From positions 256,001 to 320,000 of the forward strand of contig CAWFXA010000003.1 of assembly GCA_963819655.1 (NCBI GenBank): DNA of 64,000 nt. The letters are read 5' to 3'. This DNA is from an uncultured Chloroflexia bacterium (GTDB lineage: Bacteria > Chloroflexota > Limnocylindria > Limnocylindrales > CSP1-4). The position numbers and the translations under genes are program-made. The notes beneath the pieces were generated by a model, which had not been told where the DNA came from, made no database searches, and saw nothing but the letters and a program-made list of their open reading frames with translations. Below, one piece after another: positions 28,051-36,508 of the stretch. Position 1 is the stretch's first letter. Each line of letters starts with the position of its first letter.

Positions 28051-29010
28051 GTGACCCGATCGACACACCGCGCCCCCAGCCGTCTCCGACGTTTCGTTGT
28101 GGGCGCGGTGCTGGTCGTCGTCGTCGGGGCGACGCTGACCACCGCCGCGATCGCCACCGACACGTTCGGGGCAGGGGAGAGGTGGATCTCGCTCGTCGGC
28201 AGGGTCGAACGGTTCCTCGCGGGGCCGGTGCCGGATCGGGCGACCCTGGAGACCGTCCGCGTGACCGAGCCGCCCGAGACCGAGCCGCCGACGCCCGAAC
28301 CTACGCCCGCGCCGGCCGGTCAGGCTCCGGGCGGTTCGCCGGCCCCGACCGCCGAACCCACGCCTGAACCGACCCCGGCGCCCAAGCGCAAGCCGGTCGA
28401 CTACGACATCGTCCAGAACGCAGATAGGGTCTTCGCGTCGCAACACCACAAGGACTGGTGCGCGCCGGCCGGCGTTCAGACCGTGCTCGCCATCCTTGGC
28501 AAGCTCGACACGTCGGATCAGACCCAGATCGAGGTCGCGAGCAGGGTCCGCCACTGGGAGGCCTGGGACGACAGCCATAACGGTGACTGGGGCCCGGCCG
28601 CTATGGCCCTTGCGCTCGAGTCGTACGGCGCCCCGGGCTACGAGGTCAGGGCGTTCGAAACGATGACCTACGCGCTCCGCGACGCGGCCGTTGCGATCCA
28701 GACGACGCAGTCCCCGGTCATCCTTCTCGCGTGGCGCGGGGCACACACCTGGGTGATGTCCGGGTATCGCTCGGACGCAGATCCGGCCGTGTTCCGCAAC
28801 ACCAAGATCGAGGGCGCCTACATCCTCGACCCCTGGTACCCACGTATTTCGTCGATCTGGGGGGCGTCGAACCCGCCGGGCACGCTCACCTCGTTCGCTG
28901 AGCTGCAGGACAACTTCCTGCCGTGGAAGCGGCCCGAGGGTCAATATCCCGATCGCGACGGCCTGTGGATCACGGTCGCCCCGACCATCCCGCGCGCCGA
29001 GGCCGGCTAA
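28051..29010 (+). CDS. Membrane-anchored papain-like (C39-like) peptidase
   Basis: AGGAG SD and GTG; TM helix, Pro/Thr linker, 'SQ...WCAPA', 'HTWVMSGY', 'ILDPW' (Cys-His-Asp). Confidence 0.72.
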   Translation: MTRSTHRAPSRLRRFVVGAVLVVVVGATLTTAAIATDTFGAGERWISLVGRVERFLAGPVPDRATLETVRVTEPPETEPPTPEPTPAPAGQAPGGSPAPTAEPTPEPTPAPKRKPVDYDIVQNADRVFASQHHKDWCAPAGVQTVLAILGKLDTSDQTQIEVASRVRHWEAWDDSHNGDWGPAAMALALESYGAPGYEVRAFETMTYALRDAAVAIQTTQSPVILLAWRGAHTWVMSGYRSDADPAVFRNTKIEGAYILDPWYPRISSIWGASNPPGTLTSFAELQDNFLPWKRPEGQYPDRDGLWITVAPTIPRAEAG

Positions 29011-30371
29011 ACCGTCGTCTCGAACGGGACGCGGCCGATCGCCCGCACGCGCGGGACGAGGAACGCGAGCAGCAGGCCGTCCTTGACCACCATCCCGATC
29101 GCGTAGCCGAGCGGGATGGCCAGCAGCCCGAGCCCGGGCGCGAGGAGGGTGGACGCCAGGAGGACCGTCCCGAACCCCGCGAACGAGGCGCCGACCTGGC
29201 GGATCGTGTCGTGCGTCGCGTAGAGCCCGCGCGACAGCGGGTAGGCGAGCGCGTCGAACGGCACCGACAATGCGAAGACCGAGACGATCGCCGACGTGCG
29301 CGCGACGTCCTCGGGCCCGAACTCGCCGCCGCCCAACAGGACCTCGACCAGGATGCTCGAGCCGACGAAGAGCGCGATCGCAGCCAGCGTCGTCAGCCCG
29401 CCGATCGTGGCGAGGTTGCGCCCGAGCACTGATCGGAACGTCGCCTGGTCGCGATCCGCGTACGCCGTGGAGAGCGTCGGGAACACCGCCAGCGAGAACG
29501 CGATGCCGATCAGGCTGACCGGCACGACCTGGTAGTCGAGCGCGAAGTTGATCGCGCTCACGCCACCGACCACGATCGTCGACGCCAGGGCCGTAAAGAA
29601 CGTGAAGATGGCGGGCTCGATCGGGTGGCTGATCATGCGCGGGATCATCAGCCGGATGAACTCGCGGAAGGCCGGCGTCCGGATGCGGAACGCCGGTCGG
29701 ATGCGGAACGACGTCCGGAGCGTGCCGATCGCCCGGATCCCGAGGTGGAGCGCGGCGCCGGCGACCGCGCCCCAGGCCGTCGCGACGATGCCGAATCGCT
29801 CCGCGCCGAGCACCGTCCCGAGGATGATGCCGGTCGTGTACAGGATCGGCGCAAGCGCGTAGAACAGGAAGCGTCGATTCGCGACGAGGATCTCGCCGAG
29901 ACAGATCGACGCCGCGAACAGGATCTGAGCGAGGCAGTTGATCCGAACGAGCGTCACGTACAGCTCACGGGTCTGAGAGTCGAAGCCGGCGCCGATCTGG
30001 GTGGCCAGCCACGGGGCCGCCACGAAGATCGCTACCACAGCGACCGTCATAACGAGGACCGCGCCAGTCAGCACGGTCCGTCCGAAGTCGTTCGCGGTCC
30101 GCTCGTCGTCGCGCCGCAGGCTGCTGTAGATGGGCACGAACGGGGCGGTCAAGCCGGCCGCCACGAGCACGTCGAGCGCGATCTCGGGGATCCGGAACGC
30201 CGCGTTGTACGCATCGAGCTCGGGGCCGGCGCCATAGGTGTTGGCGAACACCCGGTTGCGGATGACGCCCATCACGAAGTAGACGAAGCTCAGGACGGAC
30301 AGGATCAGGGCGCCGCGCGGGAAGATCCGGTCGATGAGCGCGCGCCCGTAATCGATGGGGGATCGCGACAC
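29007..30371 (-). CDS. murJ: Lipid II flippase MurJ (MviN)
   Basis: 'DAYNAAFRIPE', 'AGLTAPFVPI', 'AVFPTLS', 'RGLYATHDT'; multiple TM helices. Confidence 0.88.
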   Translation of the reverse strand: MSRSPIDYGRALIDRIFPRGALILSVLSFVYFVMGVIRNRVFANTYGAGPELDAYNAAFRIPEIALDVLVAAGLTAPFVPIYSSLRRDDERTANDFGRTVLTGAVLVMTVAVVAIFVAAPWLATQIGAGFDSQTRELYVTLVRINCLAQILFAASICLGEILVANRRFLFYALAPILYTTGIILGTVLGAERFGIVATAWGAVAGAALHLGIRAIGTLRTSFRIRPAFRIRTPAFREFIRLMIPRMISHPIEPAIFTFFTALASTIVVGGVSAINFALDYQVVPVSLIGIAFSLAVFPTLSTAYADRDQATFRSVLGRNLATIGGLTTLAAIALFVGSSILVEVLLGGGEFGPEDVARTSAIVSVFALSVPFDALAYPLSRGLYATHDTIRQVGASFAGFGTVLLASTLLAPGLGLLAIPLGYAIGMVVKDGLLLAFLVPRVRAIGRVPFETTV

Positions 30372-30513
30372 CGGCTGCCTCCCTCGTCCGCGGCGGTCGC
30401 CGCGTCCCTGGCCAGTGTGACGTCCCGGCAGCGCCCGGCGCGACGCGCAGCTTGGACCGCTACGCTTGTGCCCCGAACATGTCGATGGCCGCGACGCGGC
30501 AGGAGGAGGCAGC

Positions 30514-31660
30514 TTGTCGCGGTTCGAGTGGGTCGCCGGCAGCGCGCGGCTTCTGCAGCAAACGGGCGACGAGTTCGAGAGCACGCGGCCCTTCGATGGG
30601 TTGCGGATCGGGACGGGCATTCACCTCGAGCCGAAGACCGCGGCCCTGCTCCTGACCCTCAAGTGCGGCGGCGCCGACGTCGTCTCGACGGGCAACCTGA
30701 ACTCGACACAGCAGGAGACGGTCGATTACCTCCGCGAGCGCGGTATCGCCGTCATCGGCGGACCGACGGCCGATCCGACCGAGCACGATCGCTACCTGCG
30801 GGAGGTCATTGCGGCGAAGCCCGATCTCCTGCTCGACAACGGCGGCGACCTGTTCACGCGCTACCTCGAGGATCCGTGGCCGAACCTACGCGGCGGTACG
30901 GAGGAGACGACGTCAGGACGCGATCGACTCCTTCCCGCTGCGCGACCAGATCGCCCTGCCTCTGCTGGTCATCAACGACAGTCCGATCAAGCAGTTCGGC
31001 GAGAACACGCACGCGGTCGGTGCCGGGACGGTGGAGTCGTTCATCCGGATCACGAACCGCATCACGAACGGGCGGCGCGTGGCGGTGTTCGGATATGGCT
31101 CGGTCGGCCGGGGAGTGGCGGCCTATTTCCGGAGCTTCAACAGCGTCGTGTCGGTTGTCGAGCCACAGCCGGTGCTCCGGCTGCGGGCGTTGCTCGACGG
31201 GTTCGACGTCCCGGACCGCGACGACGCTCTCCCCTGGGCCGACGTGATCGTCACGGTCACCGGCGCTCCGCACGTGATCACGCATGCCGACCTCGGGAAT
31301 CTGCGCGACGGTGTCGTCCTTGTCAGCGCCGGACATCTTCCCTGGGAGCTGGACGTGCCGTCGCTGATCGAGGACCCGTCGGTCGAGTCGATCGACGACG
31401 TGACCGAGGGCATCACGACGCTGTGGCTGCGCGACGGTCGTGCGGTCCACATCCTGACCCGGGGTCACATGGTCAACCTGGCCGGCCCGCGCCCGCTCGG
31501 CAACTCGATCGAATTGATGGATCTCGGCTTCACCCTCCAGGCGCGCTGCCTGGAAGCCGTCGCCCGCGGGTCAGTGCCGAAGACCGCGTGCGTCGTCGCG
31601 GTCCCGGCGGAAATCGATGCCCTCGTGGCGTCCGCGTATGTCGCCCTCGCCAGGGCCTGA
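30514..31660 (+). pseudogene. Adenosylhomocysteinase-like protein, one frameshift near 30935 (likely sequencing error)
   Basis: AGGAGGAGG SD and TTG 30514; 'HLEPKTA', 'STQ', 'DNGGD', 'EETTSG' in one frame, then 'INDSPIK', 'GYGSVGRG', 'TVTG', 'SAGH', 'VNLA' in the next; one extra base at CCC 30934-30936. Confidence 0.82.
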
Positions 31661-31675
31661 CCTCGGGCCGAAGGG

Positions 31676-33040
31676 CTAGCCGGCGGTACGGATGAGTTTC
31701 TTGTTCACGAACTCATCGGCCGCCAGCAGACCCAGCTCACGGGCGGTACCGCTTCGCTTCACGCCGCCGAACGGCAGCTCGGGACTGTCGGCCATCACGA
31801 TGTTGACGTAGACCATGCCCGCCTCGATCCGATCGGCGACCCGGGCCGCCTGGGCCGGATCGTTGCTGTACACGTACGAACCCAGCCCGAAGCTGGTGTC
31901 ATTGGCCAGCCTGACCGCTGCGTCCTCGTCGGCCACGCGATAGACCACCCCGACCGGCCCGAAGAACTCCTCCCGATACGCGTCCATCTCGCGCGTCACG
32001 CCGGTCAGCACGGTCGGCGGATAGTACGCACCGTCCCGAGAGCCGCCGGTGACCACGGTCGCGCCCTGCGCCACCGCCCGATCGACCTGGTCCTCCAACC
32101 GGGTCGCCGCCTCCACCGACGACAGCGGCCCGAGCACCGTGTCCTCGACCAGCGGGTCACCCATCCGTGCCGCCGCCATTGCTGCGGTGAACCCGGTCAG
32201 GAACGGCTCGTACAACCCGTCCACCACGATGAATCGCTTGGCGGCATTGCAGGACTGGCCGGCGCTGTCCAGGCGGGCCGCGGTCGCCGCCGCCACCACT
32301 GCATCGAGATCGTCGGTGGCCAGCACCAGGAACGGATCCGAACCGCCGAGCTCCAGGGCCACCTTCTTCAGGTGCCGCCCAGCCACCTCCGCAACGGCTG
32401 CTCCGGCCCGCTCCGAGCCGGTCACCGAGACGCCCTGGATCCGCGGATCCGCGACGATGGTCGCGGCCTGCTCGGCGCTGACATAGACGTTGACGTAGGC
32501 GCCGTCCGGTAGCCCGGCATCGTGATAGATCGCCGCGATGGCCGCGGCCGATTCCGGGCATTGCGACGCGTGCTTCAGAACGATGACATTGCCGAGGACC
32601 AGGTTCGGCGCCGCGAACCGGGCCACCTGGTAGTAGGGAAAGTTCCAGGGCATGATCCCGAAAAGCACACCCAGCGGGCTGCGCCGGATCACGGCCGTGC
32701 CCTGGCCAAGGATGGTGAGCGGCTGATCGGCGGTGATGACGTCCGCCTGATCCGCGTAGTACTCGGTGATGTCGGCGGCGAAGTCGACCTCGCCGAGGGC
32801 GAGATCCTTCACCTTGCCCATCTCCCGGACGATGATGGCGGCCAGTTCCTCCCGACGTTCCCGATGCAGCTCGGCGGCCCGGCGGACCATGCCGGCCCGC
32901 TCGGCGACCGGGAGCTTCCGCCAGACCTCGAACCCCACCGCGGCCGTGCGGAGTGCCTCCTCGACCTGGGCGTCGGTGAAGGTCTCATAGCGGGCCACGG
33001 TCTCCCCGGTGGCCGGATTCACGACGGCGTACTCGGTCAT
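31676..33040 (-). CDS. NAD(P)-dependent succinate-semialdehyde dehydrogenase (Sad/GabD1 type)
   Basis: 'IMPWNFP', 'TGSERAG', 'LELGGSDP', 'AGQSC', 'EEFFGP', 'PFGGVKRSG'. Confidence 0.93.
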   Translation of the reverse strand: MTEYAVVNPATGETVARYETFTDAQVEEALRTAAVGFEVWRKLPVAERAGMVRRAAELHRERREELAAIIVREMGKVKDLALGEVDFAADITEYYADQADVITADQPLTILGQGTAVIRRSPLGVLFGIMPWNFPYYQVARFAAPNLVLGNVIVLKHASQCPESAAAIAAIYHDAGLPDGAYVNVYVSAEQAATIVADPRIQGVSVTGSERAGAAVAEVAGRHLKKVALELGGSDPFLVLATDDLDAVVAAATAARLDSAGQSCNAAKRFIVVDGLYEPFLTGFTAAMAAARMGDPLVEDTVLGPLSSVEAATRLEDQVDRAVAQGATVVTGGSRDGAYYPPTVLTGVTREMDAYREEFFGPVGVVYRVADEDAAVRLANDTSFGLGSYVYSNDPAQAARVADRIEAGMVYVNIVMADSPELPFGGVKRSGTARELGLLAADEFVNKKLIRTAG

Positions 33041-33212
33041 GATTTCCCCTTCCTCAGTCGATCATGGAGCTCCACCCCATCCGCCCGGCGCAGGCTCGGC
33101 GGCGCGACGACGACGGACTTCACGAGCTCGACGTGACTGTAATGCGGGCCACGGCCCCGCGTTCGTGCCGACCCACGCGACGCCACGCTGGGCCCAGCGG
33201 CCGCGCGCGACG

Positions 33213-33818
33213 CTAGCTATCGAAGGGCGCCTGCGCGATCTCCTCGAGCATCCCCGTGGCGGCCATCTCCGCAGCCGGGCAGGTCGGCTTGCGCGACGCC
33301 TGGTCGACGAAGAGCGTGGTGAACTCCCGTTTGAAGTCGAGCCGCGGATACGCGGCAAGCAATCCCGGGATGATCGCCGGCCGAACGTCGGTGAAGCGGT
33401 AGCCGGTAACGTCGGTGCCGGTCGAGTCCCAGAGCAGCACGACCTCGGAGGCGGGATCGGGCGGCAGGGTCTCGAGATTGTGCAGCGCGATCACGTCGTA
33501 GATCCCTCGGGCGCGCGCCTCCGGTTCCCCGGCCTCGCCCACGAGCCGCTCGGCCGCGATCGCGCCGTCGACCTCGTAGCAGCCGCCGAGGTCGTACGCC
33601 GGAACCAGGCCGATGTCGTGGAGGATCGCGGACACGTACAGGATCTCGGGATCGAACTGGAGCCGATCGTGCCGCGCCAGCTCGACGGCCCAGGCATAGC
33701 TCCGGACCGAATGGTTCACGAGGAACGGCGCCGCGACGTCCGCGATGAGCTCGCGGGCTCGCCGCGCCAGCGCGGAATCCGGCACGGGCATCCCGAGCCC
33801 GGTGAGTGCCTCGTCCAT
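33213..33818 (-). CDS. HD-domain metal-dependent hydrolase (cyanamide hydratase-like)
   Basis: 'PDSALA', 'NHSVRSY', 'LHDIG', 'YEVDGA', 'IALH', 'YPRLDFK'. Confidence 0.87.
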   Translation of the reverse strand: MDEALTGLGMPVPDSALARRARELIADVAAPFLVNHSVRSYAWAVELARHDRLQFDPEILYVSAILHDIGLVPAYDLGGCYEVDGAIAAERLVGEAGEPEARARGIYDVIALHNLETLPPDPASEVVLLWDSTGTDVTGYRFTDVRPAIIPGLLAAYPRLDFKREFTTLFVDQASRKPTCPAAEMAATGMLEEIAQAPFDS

Positions 33819-33828
33819 CAGTCGCGTG

Positions 33829-35328
33829 TCACGTCCCGTCGGACGCGTCCTTCTTCTGCGTGTCGGCGATCCGCTTGCGGTTCTCCTCGCGCGGACGCAA
33901 CCCATCGCTCATCGACGCCATCGGCATGTCCGTTCGCTGCTTCCGTCGAGGGCGCTCCTTGCGGGCCTCCGCGCGTGCGGCCATCCGCGCCGCGATGGTC
34001 GCCTCGTAGCCCTGATCGCCGGGGACGTAGTAGCGACGACCAACCAGCTCGTCGGGGAGGTACTGCTGGTCGATGTCGTCACCCTCGACGTCGTGGGGGA
34101 ACTTGTAGCCGACACCGATGCCGTGCGCCTTCATCCGACGATCACCCGCCGAGCGGAGGTGGTTCGGGACGGGGAGCGACCCGTGTTTGAGGACGTCCGC
34201 CATCGCCGCGCCGTACGCGCGACCGATCGAGTCGGACTTGGGAGACGACGAAATATGGACCGTCGCCTGCGCGAGTGCGAACTGCGCCTCCGGCAGCCCG
34301 ACGTGGTCGAGCGCCTGGGCCGCCGCGACGGCGATCTGGAGTGCCCGCGGGTCGGCGTTGCCCACGTCTTCCGACGCGCTGATGATCAGCCGGCGCACGA
34401 TGAACCGCGGATCCTCGCCGGCGGCGACCATCGACGCGAGCCAGTACAGCGCTGCGTCCGGGTCGTTGCCGCGCAGGCTCTTGATGAACGCCGACACCGT
34501 GTCGTAGTGCCCGTCGCCCGCCCGGTCGTAGGCAAGGACCCGCTGCTGGGCGGCCGCCTCGACGTCCTCGAGCCGCGGCGCGACCTTGCCGTCGGCGTCG
34601 CGGATCCCCTCCGCTTCTGCGAGCGCGACCGCGCCTTCGAGGACATTGAGGGCCGCGCGCGCGTCACCGCCGGCCAGCCCCACGAGGTGGTCGAACGCGT
34701 CGTTCGCGAGGGCGACCCCGCCATCCGGCCCGAGCGCGCCCGCCAGCCCGCGCTCCTCGTCCTCGAGCGCCCGCCGGACGACGGTGGCGACGTCGTCGTC
34801 ACTGAGCGGCTCCAGGCGCCAGACGCGCATGCGCGACAGGAGCGCCGAGTTGACCTCGAAGTACGGGTTCTCTGTTGTCGTACCCGTCAAGGTGATCGTC
34901 CCGTCCTCGACGTAGGGGAGGAGGGCGTCCTGTTGGGCCTTGTTGAAGCGGTGGATCTCGTCGATGAACAGGACGGTCCGCGTGCCGTTCAGGGCGAGCC
35001 GTTCCTGGGCCTGCGCGACGGCGCCGCGGACCTCTGCGACGCCGGACGAAACGGCGGAGATGGCGATCATCTCGGCACCGATCGCATCCGCCAGCAGGCG
35101 CGCGAGAGTCGTCTTGCCGGTCCCGGGCGGACCCCACAGGACGATCGAGGCGAGATGCCCTCGCGACACCGCCCGGCGCAGCGGTCCGCGTTCGCCGACG
35201 AGGTGGTCCTGCCCGACGAACTCATCGAGGGACCGTGGCCGCATGCGAGCAGCCAGGGGTTGGGCTCCGGGCGGCGGCTGGAACAGGGGCTCGGGCTTGG
35301 CGCCCTTCACTCGCGATGGGCCGGGCAT
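33829..35328 (-). CDS. rarA: Replication-associated recombination protein A (RarA/MgsA)
   Basis: 'PLAARMRP', 'WGPPGTGKTT', 'FIDEIHRFNKAQQDALLP', 'SAFIKSLRG', 'ASEDVGNADP'. Confidence 0.96.
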   Translation of the reverse strand: MPGPSRVKGAKPEPLFQPPPGAQPLAARMRPRSLDEFVGQDHLVGERGPLRRAVSRGHLASIVLWGPPGTGKTTLARLLADAIGAEMIAISAVSSGVAEVRGAVAQAQERLALNGTRTVLFIDEIHRFNKAQQDALLPYVEDGTITLTGTTTENPYFEVNSALLSRMRVWRLEPLSDDDVATVVRRALEDEERGLAGALGPDGGVALANDAFDHLVGLAGGDARAALNVLEGAVALAEAEGIRDADGKVAPRLEDVEAAAQQRVLAYDRAGDGHYDTVSAFIKSLRGNDPDAALYWLASMVAAGEDPRFIVRRLIISASEDVGNADPRALQIAVAAAQALDHVGLPEAQFALAQATVHISSSPKSDSIGRAYGAAMADVLKHGSLPVPNHLRSAGDRRMKAHGIGVGYKFPHDVEGDDIDQQYLPDELVGRRYYVPGDQGYEATIAARMAARAEARKERPRRKQRTDMPMASMSDGLRPREENRKRIADTQKKDASDGT

Positions 35329-35402
35329 CGTCTCAGTTTACGGGGCATCCCCGGTCGGACAGCTTGCGCAGCGGACCGGCTGGGCGATTCCGTGTCAGCC
35401 GG

Positions 35403-35810
35403 TCAGAACGGGGTGAGGTTCGTGACCTGGGTGACAGCCCACAGGCCGATCAGCAGCGCGATCAGCGAGCCGCCGATCGTCACGAGCCGACGGATGTCGC
35501 GGCTGACGTACGCGTATTCCTCCTGGCCTCGGACGGCGATCGATCCGGGACGCACCCGCGCGACACTCTCCTCGTCGCGCCGACCTCGCTCGCGCCCACG
35601 GCTGGCCATCGACTCCGTTTCGCGCTCGGTGGCGACGATCTGCGCCTCGAGCTCGGCCGCGCGGGCTTCCTCGGCCGGGGTCAGCGACGTCGACGGAGCC
35701 TGAGCCGGAACCACAGGCTGGCTGTCGACCCGTCCCCGCGGTGAGCCGCTGCGCTGCAGGCGCGGTCGCTGGCCGGGTCGCGTGGAGCTTCCCCGTACGC
35801 GCTTGGCCAT
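35403..35810 (-). CDS. Hypothetical protein with basic disordered N-terminus and C-terminal membrane anchor
   Basis: GGAGG SD and ATG 35810; ends 'EEYAYVSRDIRRLVTIGGSLIALLIGLWAV'. Confidence 0.72.
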   Translation of the reverse strand: MAKRVRGSSTRPGQRPRLQRSGSPRGRVDSQPVVPAQAPSTSLTPAEEARAAELEAQIVATERETESMASRGRERGRRDEESVARVRPGSIAVRGQEEYAYVSRDIRRLVTIGGSLIALLIGLWAVTQVTNLTPF

Positions 35811-35988
35811 GGCTTCGGACGGCCTCCAGGTCGTGGATGTGGTCGGGCGGGCTCGCGAAGTCTGACGGGCGGCCTGCCAGCGGGAGAGGATAGCACCGCG
35901 GCGTCGGCCGGCCATCCGCCGGTACGTGCCGGGCAAGGGGCGGCTGCTAGACTCGCGCCGACCCCCGCCGGAGGAACCTCCCATCGAC

Positions 35989-36471
35989 TTGAGCGCGACC
36001 ATCGCCGCGAATCTGGGACCCATCGTGGTCGCCCTGACCGTGCTCGTCCTGGTCCTGCTGCTGGTGGTCGCGTGGCTCGGACGGCGTGTGGTCCGTGTCG
36101 AGGCGCGCGTCCGCGGCCTGACGCGCGGGGAGGACGGCGATCTCGGCGACGTGCTCGGCGCACACCTCGAGCGGGTGTACGAGCTCGGCCGGGAGGTCGA
36201 CCGGTTGGTCGCCCGGACCGGTCGTCTCGAAGAGAGCTCGCCGCGCGCTTTCCAGCGCGTCGGGCTCGTCCGGTTCAATCCGTTCGAGGACACCGGCGGG
36301 AACCAGAGCTTCGCGCTGGCGCTGCTCGATGCGGACGGCAACGGCTGGGTGCTGTCGAGCCTCCACGCTCGGACCGGCACGCGCATCTATGCCAAGGCGA
36401 TCCATGGCGGCCGATCGGACGGAGCGCTGTCCGAAGAGGAGACGACCGCGATCAAGCAGGCGACGGCCTGA
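35989..36471 (+). CDS. DUF4446 family protein
   Basis: TM plus coiled coil, 'VGLVRFNPFEDTGGNQSFALALLD', 'IYAK', 'LSEEE'. Start uncertain (TTG 35989 or ATC 35983). Confidence 0.88.
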   Translation: MSATIAANLGPIVVALTVLVLVLLLVVAWLGRRVVRVEARVRGLTRGEDGDLGDVLGAHLERVYELGREVDRLVARTGRLEESSPRAFQRVGLVRFNPFEDTGGNQSFALALLDADGNGWVLSSLHARTGTRIYAKAIHGGRSDGALSEEETTAIKQATA

Positions 36472-36508
36472 CAGCCTAGGTGTCACGACGGTCGACGATG
36501 GTGTGCAC

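Noticed and set aside
30372-30513. SAH or SAM riboswitch upstream of the AhcY-like gene
   Set aside because: The SAH riboswitch core (GAGGAGCG...AGGCTC) and SAM-class motifs are not visible.
31676-33040. Horizontal acquisition of the SSADH gene (slightly more A/T-ending codons by eye)
   Set aside because: The impression is unquantified and there are no mobility genes or flanking repeats.
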